A DNA stretch of 64,000 nt from an uncultured archaeon (GTDB taxonomy: Archaea > Thermoplasmatota > Thermoplasmata > Thermoplasmatales > Thermoplasmataceae): contig CP009479.1 of assembly GCA_000965745.1 (NCBI GenBank), positions 384,001-448,000 of the forward strand, written 5' to 3'. A model generated the notes under the pieces. It worked only from the letters and a program-made list of their open reading frames with translations. It was not told the origin of the DNA and searched no databases. The stretch's first letter is position 1. Every line of letters starts with the position of its first letter. Both the position numbers and the translations under genes were made by a program. Shown here in pieces: positions 56,875 through 64,000 of this stretch.

Positions 56875-57951
56875 CTAATACCTTATCCTCGGATCCATGA
56901 ATGCATACACTATGTCCACTATCAGGTTGGCGAATACAAGAATCAACCCGAATACCAGGGTGGTGTCCAGAACTCCGTAAATCTGGTTGTCCAGAGTTGC
57001 TGTAACTGCGAACCATCCAAGTCCGTGATAAGTGAAGAGAATTTCTATAACCACAACCCCACTGAGAAGCGCAGCGATAAGCAGACCCATAACCGTAATG
57101 GTCGGTATCAGGGCATTTCTCCTGATGTGCCTCTTTATAATCATACCTTCCGGAACGCCTTTTGATCTTGCTGTCTTGACGTATTCCTGGTTAGTCGCAT
57201 CCACCATTCCAGCCCTGATGAACCTGAGAAGACCTGCCAGAATTGTATAAGTAAGGGTCACAACCGGCAGAACAAGATGGAGAAAAGCGCTCCATGCCAC
57301 TCTGGGATCGCCATGAATAAGGGCATCGAAGAACACCAAGTGAGTTGGCGAGGAAATGATAAACCCGGTTTCCTGATTAAGGAGCCAATGCGGGACTGGA
57401 GTTGGCACATTAACTACCCCATTAAATGGCAGCACGGCTCCGCCCCAGTTGCTCACCCCCTGCCCGAAGGCGAGGATCAGAAGTATACCTAAAACAAAAG
57501 GAGGCATCGCGTAACCGACCAGTGAGAATACCCTTCCAGCCTGATCGGCAAATGTGTTTGGCCTGGAACCGATATATGTTCCAATGGGTATGGCGAGCAA
57601 AATCGAAAGTATAGATGAGAATATTGCGAGCTGAATCGAGTTGGGCATGAACAGTTCTATACCAAGCAAGACCGGGCCCGGGAAAGGTTTTGTGACAAAA
57701 CCCCAGTTGCCCTTAAGCAGATTCGATATATAATAGAAGTACTGAACAGGCACTGGGAGGTTCAATCCGAGCTGTTCCTTCGCGATTTGTATTTGCTCCT
57801 GCCTCGGAAGCGTGCTGTGTGGATTAATGTACGCAGACACTAGCAGCGAATCCGGAAAACTCCTGAGCAATATGAAAACAAGCACTGTAATTCCTATGAC
57901 CGTAGGAATTATCAGCAGAACTCTCCTAAGTACAAAATATCTTAGTTCCAT
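56875..57951 (-). CDS. dppB: Peptide ABC transporter permease
   Basis: HLVLPVVTL, EYVKTARSKG and DIVYAFMDPRIRY. Confidence 0.92.
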   Translation of the reverse strand: MELRYFVLRRVLLIIPTVIGITVLVFILLRSFPDSLLVSAYINPHSTLPRQEQIQIAKEQLGLNLPVPVQYFYYISNLLKGNWGFVTKPFPGPVLLGIELFMPNSIQLAIFSSILSILLAIPIGTYIGSRPNTFADQAGRVFSLVGYAMPPFVLGILLILAFGQGVSNWGGAVLPFNGVVNVPTPVPHWLLNQETGFIISSPTHLVFFDALIHGDPRVAWSAFLHLVLPVVTLTYTILAGLLRFIRAGMVDATNQEYVKTARSKGVPEGMIIKRHIRRNALIPTITVMGLLIAALLSGVVVIEILFTYHGLGWFAVTATLDNQIYGVLDTTLVFGLILVFANLIVDIVYAFMDPRIRY

Positions 57952-58049
57952 CTATAACATCAACCAATTGGAAAATTGTTATTTAATCTTTTCCAGATTT
58001 AGGCGTGTCTTGCCTCCACAATAAGTAATATAAAAAAGAGAGTATTATT

Positions 58050-59012
58050 TTACTCTGCCACCAATGGAGGCTGAATTCGGCCACCGTCTCTCGCAGAATC
58101 CCTTCTAAATCTGGTTTTAACATGGTTGTACCACCAGATTTTCGAGAGTAATGCAGCCTCCTCAATAGGTCTTTCCAGAGACGGTTCTCGGAAACATTCG
58201 TCGAAACACTCCGAGCAATGGTTGTCGTAGGATTCCCACACGGGCCCCTTGTTCATTACAACTTCCATCCTTGTGAAGCACGGGTGGACTTTTCCCCTGT
58301 AGTCGGTGTAAAGGACATTCTCTCCTGCTTTGCATCTAGTTACAGATCTACCGTCGATATAATCGACTGCTTCCTTGTAGTAGGTTTTGAGATTGCCGAA
58401 AACGTGCCTGTTGTAGTTTTCATACGCGTAGTTGAAGGCGGTCCTTATCATATCCTGGCTTACCTGGAAATCCTGGAAGTAATAGGCGCTCTGGTCCGGG
58501 AAGCACATGGTCATTGGGATTCCCAGCTCGTTGTTGTTGAACTCTGCCATTTCACCTATCTTGTTGTAGTTGAAATTTGTAACAAGTGCATTGGAAGTCA
58601 CAATTTTCACCTTCTGCTTGGCCTCCTTTATTGTCTTGACCACGGTGTCAAATATCTTCAGGCCCCTGTACTCATTGTGCTCCTCAGGTATGTTGCTGTC
58701 AAGAGATATGGTTGCCGCATCAAGGTATGGAAACAGTCTTCTCAGTACATACGGATTTGTCCCGTTGGTTGCGATATGGGTGAAAAAGTGGTGTTCCTTA
58801 AGCTTCTTTATAATAGATTCGATTGACCTGTTGAGTGTTGGCTCCCCTCCTGTGAGTGATACAATCTTCACCCCATTCTTCTTCATTTCCTCTATATGCC
58901 TGTCTACAAGCTCATCGGGAAAAAATATCTTCCCCTGCCAGGCGTTACAGCTTTTGCATCGTAAGTTACAGAAAAAATCAATATTCCAGATCATTGTCTT
59001 GAAGGATTTCAT
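58050..59012 (-). CDS. Radical SAM protein with C-terminal SPASM/twitch-like Cys cluster
   Basis: CNLRCKSC, TGGEP and CKAG...HPC...CSECFDEC. Confidence 0.88.
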   Translation of the reverse strand: MKSFKTMIWNIDFFCNLRCKSCNAWQGKIFFPDELVDRHIEEMKKNGVKIVSLTGGEPTLNRSIESIIKKLKEHHFFTHIATNGTNPYVLRRLFPYLDAATISLDSNIPEEHNEYRGLKIFDTVVKTIKEAKQKVKIVTSNALVTNFNYNKIGEMAEFNNNELGIPMTMCFPDQSAYYFQDFQVSQDMIRTAFNYAYENYNRHVFGNLKTYYKEAVDYIDGRSVTRCKAGENVLYTDYRGKVHPCFTRMEVVMNKGPVWESYDNHCSECFDECFREPSLERPIEEAALLSKIWWYNHVKTRFRRDSARDGGRIQPPLVAE

Positions 59013-59081
59013 TTACACATGTTACGCAACTCAGTAATTTAGTATTTTTGTAAACAAAGCTGAAATTTTGTCGGGTTTCGG

Positions 59082-59606
59082 TCACTGTTGTATATAATAG
59101 GTCATGAAAACGTCGTCTACAGGCTCCCCGTTGATCATGAACTGGCCGCGCCTATGGCCTTCAATTTCAAAGCCAACTTTCTCGTAGGCCCGTATCGCCC
59201 CTGTGTTTGTTGAGAATACCTCAAGGTTCAGCTTCTTTATTCCCTGCCCCTTGCACCAGTTGATTGCTTCCTGGATCATTCTTGTGCCAAGACCCTTGTT
59301 TCTGTGGCCAGATTTTATTGCGATTCCAAGGTTTGCCGTGTGCCTGTTCTTTTTGTACATACCCCTCTGAATCGTTATAACTCCGATGATTTCGCCATAG
59401 CGGTCGCATACAAGTGTAAGGTCCTCGATGCTGCGTATGCGCTCCTGCTCCCCCCTTTCTGTAAGCAGATAGTACTCTCCTACGAGGTATATCCTTTCAT
59501 CCATAACGCTCTGCATGCAGATGATTATACCCCTTGCATCAGATGGGTCGGCCTTTCTTATTATATATTCAGATCTTTCTAGATCTTTCTGCCTCTTGAA
59601 CAGCAT
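59082..59606 (-). CDS. GNAT acetyltransferase
   Basis: HRNKGLGT, NTGAIRAYEKVGF. Confidence 0.9.
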   Translation of the reverse strand: MLFKRQKDLERSEYIIRKADPSDARGIIICMQSVMDERIYLVGEYYLLTERGEQERIRSIEDLTLVCDRYGEIIGVITIQRGMYKKNRHTANLGIAIKSGHRNKGLGTRMIQEAINWCKGQGIKKLNLEVFSTNTGAIRAYEKVGFEIEGHRRGQFMINGEPVDDVFMTYYIQQ

Positions 59607-59653
59607 CGGGCAACAAGCTAATAATGCAAATTAAATGATAACTGTTTCTGAGG

Positions 59654-59983
59654 TTATTTTTTAGCAAGAGTGCTTTTGAGGTCCGAATAAATTCCCTCCA
59701 TCTCATCCAGAACCAGCTTTGCGCTGTTCATTATTGCGTCCCGGTTCTCGATGAATTCAGGGGTAAGTATTGCTCCTTCCCTGGACGGGGATATAACCCC
59801 CTCCTTCTCCAGTATCCTGAGGGAGTATCGAATCTTATGCTCAGGGATGTTTGTTTCCTTAGCCATTTTAATAATGCCCGCAGGCTGTTCCCGCAAGAGA
59901 GTCTTGATAATTGCAATATGCCTCTTCACAGTTTCAAGGTCGTATACAATCTCTTTGAAAATTGAATGATCCTGATCGCTCAT
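59654..59983 (-). CDS. Archaeal wHTH protein
   Basis: QPAGIIKMAKETNIPEHKIRYSLRILEKEGVI..S..GA. Confidence 0.8.
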   Translation of the reverse strand: MSDQDHSIFKEIVYDLETVKRHIAIIKTLLREQPAGIIKMAKETNIPEHKIRYSLRILEKEGVISPSREGAILTPEFIENRDAIMNSAKLVLDEMEGIYSDLKSTLAKK

Positions 59984-60055
59984 GTTTTTAAGGAATGCAT
60001 GTTAGCATATAACAATTACGAATACCGAAACCGTCACGGAAGGGAGGTCTATCAG

Positions 60056-60277
60056 CTACGGAAACAGGACTTTGCTTCCTTCCACAATCTTTAAATCGTT
60101 CTGGATGCCCACCATCTTCCTGATGATCTCTTCCCTTTCCCTTATATATTCATCGAATTTCTCCGGGTGCTTGGATTCCCCCCTTATGCTTATTGCATTG
60201 ATGCGGAGGGCGAGCTGAAGCTTTAGGGCAAACCTTGTTTTTTCGTCCAGTTCATTCAGGTCAATGACCGATGTCAT
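60056..60277 (-). CDS. Small hypothetical protein (73 aa)
   Basis: ATG-started ORF filling an intergenic gap, with an AT-rich promoter-like region upstream. Confidence 0.6.
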   Translation of the reverse strand: MTSVIDLNELDEKTRFALKLQLALRINAISIRGESKHPEKFDEYIREREEIIRKMVGIQNDLKIVEGSKVLFP

Positions 60278-60430
60278 TCCATGAATTTAATCCCAAAAAC
60301 ACCTATAATCCTTTGCCTCTCCTGGCTTTAAAATTCATAAGGCTTCATTGCCTGATTCTCCGATGAGGTAAGACACACGTTGAATATGATGAGGCGAAAC
60401 TGTTATTTTCGTCTGCAAGTTGAGCAATTT

Positions 60431-61876
60431 ATGAGCGTACCCCTCAACAGAGTTGACGATTACACCTACGAAATACCAGTTACATATGACAATTATATGA
60501 ATGTTCCAGGCCTTGTTTATTCCAGCCCAAAGCTCCTCGGGGACGTGCTGGATGATAACGCCTTGCAGCAGGTTGTCAATGTTGCGACACTGCCGGGGAT
60601 CGTGAAAGCTTCCATTGCGATGCCTGACATACATTGGGGCTACGGGTTCCCGATAGGTGGCGTTGCTGCCTTCGACTATGACGAGGGACTTGTATCTCCC
60701 GGTGGAGTCGGGTATGACATAAACTGTGGTGTATCGCTTCTGAGAACGGACCTGAAGGTTGATGACATAAAAGGGAGCATCAAGGATATAGTCAACAACA
60801 TTTACGACCTGGTTCCGGCAGGGCTTGGATCCAGGAAGAAGACAAGGGTGAGTGAACAGGCACTTGAGCAGGTTCTATCCACTGGGGTAAAGTGGGCAAT
60901 ATCCGAGGGTTTCGGGACAGAGAGGGATGCAGAGTACACGGAAGCGGACGGTTCACTGCCATTGGCTAACCCATCAAAAGTTTCAGATCAGGCAAGGAGG
61001 AGGGGTTTAAGCCAGCTCGGGACACTAGGTGCAGGAAACCATTTTCTTGAGATACAGAAAGTTGATGAGATATACGACCGGGAAATGGCGGGAAAATTTG
61101 GGATAACCGGAAAGAATCAGATCACCATCATGATACACACAGGTTCCAGGGGCCTTGGGCACCAGGTGGCCACAGATTATCTTAAGATTCTGGGCACAAG
61201 CCCCGATTCTGTCCAGAACGTCAGAGACAGGCAGCTCATGTCTGCCCATATCAAGACCAGGACAGGCCAGGACTATCTGGGGGCAATGAATGCCGCTGCC
61301 AATTTCGGGTTCGTTAACAGGCAGATAATTGTCCACAATGTTAGAAAAGCCTTTTCAAAGGTTCTGGGAAGCGATTTTGAGTCGCTTGGAATTAGGCTGG
61401 TCTACAGCCTTGCACACAACATAGCCAAAGTAGAGGAGCACCAGGTTGGCGGAAGAAGGATGAAGCTGGTAGTGCACAGAAAGGGGGCAACCCGGGCATT
61501 CCCCGCAGGAAGGCCAGAATTGGGGGAAGTGTTCAGGGAGACCGGGCACCCTGTCCTTATTCCGGGAGACATGGGGAGCGCATCATATGTTCTTGTTGGA
61601 AACAGGGAAAATCTGGAAAGATCCTTCGGGTCAAGCTGCCATGGTGCTGGAAGGGTACTGAGCAGAAAAGCGTCACTTCGCACTTTTACCACTAGTGATG
61701 TCATGTCAAAGCTGGAAGATTATGGAGTATATGTGAAGGCTGCCAGCAGACGCGTCCTGGTGGAGGAAGCCCCAGGGAGTTACAAAAATATTGATGAGGT
61801 CATTGAGGCCGTCCAGGGGGCGAGACTTGCCGACCCTGTGGCGAGACTTGTTCCGATTGGAGTTGTAAAAGGCTGA
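60431..61876 (+). CDS. rtcB: RNA-splicing ligase RtcB
   Basis: MPDIHWGYGFPIGG, GYDINCG, GNHF, HTGSRG, HRKGAT and SCHGAGR. Start taken at ATG 60431. Confidence 0.95.
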   Translation: MSVPLNRVDDYTYEIPVTYDNYMNVPGLVYSSPKLLGDVLDDNALQQVVNVATLPGIVKASIAMPDIHWGYGFPIGGVAAFDYDEGLVSPGGVGYDINCGVSLLRTDLKVDDIKGSIKDIVNNIYDLVPAGLGSRKKTRVSEQALEQVLSTGVKWAISEGFGTERDAEYTEADGSLPLANPSKVSDQARRRGLSQLGTLGAGNHFLEIQKVDEIYDREMAGKFGITGKNQITIMIHTGSRGLGHQVATDYLKILGTSPDSVQNVRDRQLMSAHIKTRTGQDYLGAMNAAANFGFVNRQIIVHNVRKAFSKVLGSDFESLGIRLVYSLAHNIAKVEEHQVGGRRMKLVVHRKGATRAFPAGRPELGEVFRETGHPVLIPGDMGSASYVLVGNRENLERSFGSSCHGAGRVLSRKASLRTFTTSDVMSKLEDYGVYVKAASRRVLVEEAPGSYKNIDEVIEAVQGARLADPVARLVPIGVVKG

Positions 61877-62047
61877 CCCTTGTGTGACCATTGGGATGGC
61901 CCTGTAGTTGTCAAATTTCCCCTGTGGGATGAATCAATTCAGAGTCTGCATCAATCAAAGATTTTACCCTGGCCAATAACTATACAGTTTTACGATAATA
62001 TTTATAAGATTCGGTTTCTTTAGGCGGCTATCGAGAGGAAGATAACA

Positions 62048-64000
62048 GTGAATAGAACAACAGCATTTGCAATTCTGATCTCACTCGCCATGGTGGGAGG
62101 GAGTTTCCTAGTGGTGGGAGAGAGTCAGGCATTGACTCCTCAGACAGGGATAGTGAACGTGACAATTTCGTACGGTGGGACGTTTGGACCTGCCAACAAT
62201 TCTACCGTGTTTACAATTAATGATTTTTCAGGCAGTGTCATTAAACATGGCAATGGACCCACAGGGCAATTTACATTACCCTATGGGAATTACTACGTGG
62301 ATGTAAGTCCGTTATACACAGTATCCTCTTCTGGAGGTAACATAATAGCGAATGGGACGGTGAAGAACTTTACAGTTGATTCCTCTACACTTACATCAGG
62401 CTCAATGCCGCTTCCTGTTGTACTGAGTGCCTCTAAAACAACGCAGAGCAACTTGAGCATGACTGGAATCGCTTCAGGCTCATCAGTTTCCGTTTCACTC
62501 ATAACGCCAACCGGATTCACTTTCGAGAAGTTCTCCTTAAGTTCTTCCAAAAACTACAACAACACTGTTAGATTTCCTAACGGTTACTTCTATGTTAAAG
62601 TGAATTACGCTGGAGCAACCTATACCAACCTGGAGCACGGAACTGCAGCGGTAAGTATTCCACTATCAAGCACTTCGAATGTGTATGGGTTCGTTACATC
62701 GCAGACCGGAGCTTCAATTTCCAACGTGAATGCAGTAATATATGATATAGGAACCCAGAGCTATACAGTAAGTCATTTCACGGCAGGATTTTATAACCTA
62801 CATACCTCGTCTTGGACTGGAAAATATGTGTTCATAGCTTCACCGGGATATGCAGCCAAGCAGCTAACATCAACTCAACTGAACAGTGGAAATGAACAGG
62901 ATGTTATATTACAGAAGGCAAACAGCTCTGTATACTACAATTATTCCCTTTCATCTGATCTTCATACATTGAACCTCAAAGTAACTTACAATCTTGGAAA
63001 TAGCACTGCACTTCCATACTATTTTGGTAATTCAACCATTGGTTCCCTATACATGCAGGAATCCATGGATGGGTTAGACACGACCCCCTCCAAAGTTTCC
63101 AACTTCTTACAGGCCCTGATGGCAAATTACACGACAAACATGATCAGCGTGGCTGGAAAAGCCTATAACATATCTTATCTTGGCACACCTGTTGTAACAA
63201 CAAGCAGTGGCGGCATACTTCAGGCAAACGTCAACGCCACATATACTAGTAATGAAGTTGCATCTTCGCTCGGTTCAACAGGATATTCTGTTGAGTTGTA
63301 TGCTCTTGGAACTCAAACCACGCCTGGCTCACTGTATTACCATTACAACTTCACATACAGCAACCCCGGACTTTCGCTGTCCAGCAGCTCTTCATCAACA
63401 AGCACTTTCAAGAGCCCGATACTCCTGAATCCAGTAACATCCAGCCAGTGGGTTACACTCACACTTAAACCGGTCAAAGAGCCGGCGGTCGTGGATTCAG
63501 AGATAAACCTTTTCTGGACAGGCATCACCTCTAACAACTACGTCCTTAACACAAGCGCGACAAACACGGCTTTCATAGCACCAAATGGAGTACCCGTTAG
63601 CCTGAATGCGTCAAATGCATACTTCAACCCGGTAACGGGAACAAACGACTACCAGTATGCAACCTTCACCTGGCAGGTAGTTGGCGGAAGCATGTACACC
63701 GGATACAACACCACCATAACATTCAACGCACCATCTACAAAGGTGATTCTGAATGCAACAAGCCCGTCCGGTTCAACCAACACTTCAACATTCACAGTGA
63801 TAACATCGACTGCAAACCCATCGGCCAACTATTCAGTTTCACTGGCAGGTAAAACTCTGAGTTCGGGACCCGGAGCACCTTCGCCAGTTTCAATAACAGT
63901 TCCCCAGTCGTCACTTGTTACATACAGTGCATACCTATCTTCGCTGAATGTCAGTGGATACAGCGTCCCGCTTGAGTATCACTGGTATATGCCGGGATAC
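62048..64000 (+). CDS. Large secreted/surface glycoprotein, 3'-truncated by window edge (not in ORF track)
   Basis: GTG start after GAGGA; MNRTTAFAILISLAMVGGSFLVVGESQA looks like a signal peptide. S/T/N-rich beta-type sequence with many sequons; the frame appears open to the end. Confidence 0.8.
   Translation, partial: MNRTTAFAILISLAMVGGSFLVVGESQALTPQTGIVNVTISYGGTFGPANNSTVFTINDFSGSVIKHGNGPTGQFTLPYGNYYVDVSPLYTVSSSGGNIIANGTVKNFTVDSSTLTSGSMPLPVVLSASKTTQSNLSMTGIASGSSVSVSLITPTGFTFEKFSLSSSKNYNNTVRFPNGYFYVKVNYAGATYTNLEHGTAAVSIPLSSTSNVYGFVTSQTGASISNVNAVIYDIGTQSYTVSHFTAGFYNLHTSSWTGKYVFIASPGYAAKQLTSTQLNSGNEQDVILQKANSSVYYNYSLSSDLHTLNLKVTYNLGNSTALPYYFGNSTIGSLYMQESMDGLDTTPSKVSNFLQALMANYTTNMISVAGKAYNISYLGTPVVTTSSGGILQANVNATYTSNEVASSLGSTGYSVELYALGTQTTPGSLYYHYNFTYSNPGLSLSSSSSSTSTFKSPILLNPVTSSQWVTLTLKPVKEPAVVDSEINLFWTGITSNNYVLNTSATNTAFIAPNGVPVSLNASNAYFNPVTGTNDYQYATFTWQVVGGSMYTGYNTTITFNAPSTKVILNATSPSGSTNTSTFTVITSTANPSANYSVSLAGKTLSSGPGAPSPVSITVPQSSLVTYSAYLSSLNVSGYSVPLEYHWYMPGY

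Overview
This window is archaeal chromosomal DNA. Gene content (RFC-S, Hef helicase, Dph2, RtcB, 2-oxoacid:ferredoxin oxidoreductase, giant PKD-containing peptide-binding proteins) suggests a Thermoplasmatales-like organism, which is an inference. Three parts stand out. (1) A ~17.5 kb integrated element sits in tRNA-Ala(CGC) (6292-6363), bounded by a perfect 21-bp direct repeat (6345-6365 and 23862-23882). It encodes a tyrosine integrase, a HerA/VirB4-like ATPase with a C-terminal nuclease-like domain, ParA plus a small partner with GTTAAC repeats, a serine resolvase with a res-like site, Cdc6/Orc1 with an origin-like region, a type III R-M system, and a DGQHR + AlbA_2/Schlafen pair. It also has a ~450-nt non-coding region whose hairpins carry DNA-type GNA triloops on one strand. 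Two further att copies follow, each closing a small cassette (vapBC; archaeal ATPase plus orphan antitoxin). (2) A compact ESCRT-like locus at 30.9-33.6 kb encodes a MIT-like+AAA Vps4/CdvC-type ATPase, a PH-domain protein, a Zn-ribbon protein and a convergent Snf7/CdvB-like protein. (3) The rest is housekeeping and metabolic genes, two paralogous giant solute-binding proteins with a Dpp/Opp transporter, and a large secreted protein running off the right edge. All assignments come from motif reading by eye; no database searches were run.
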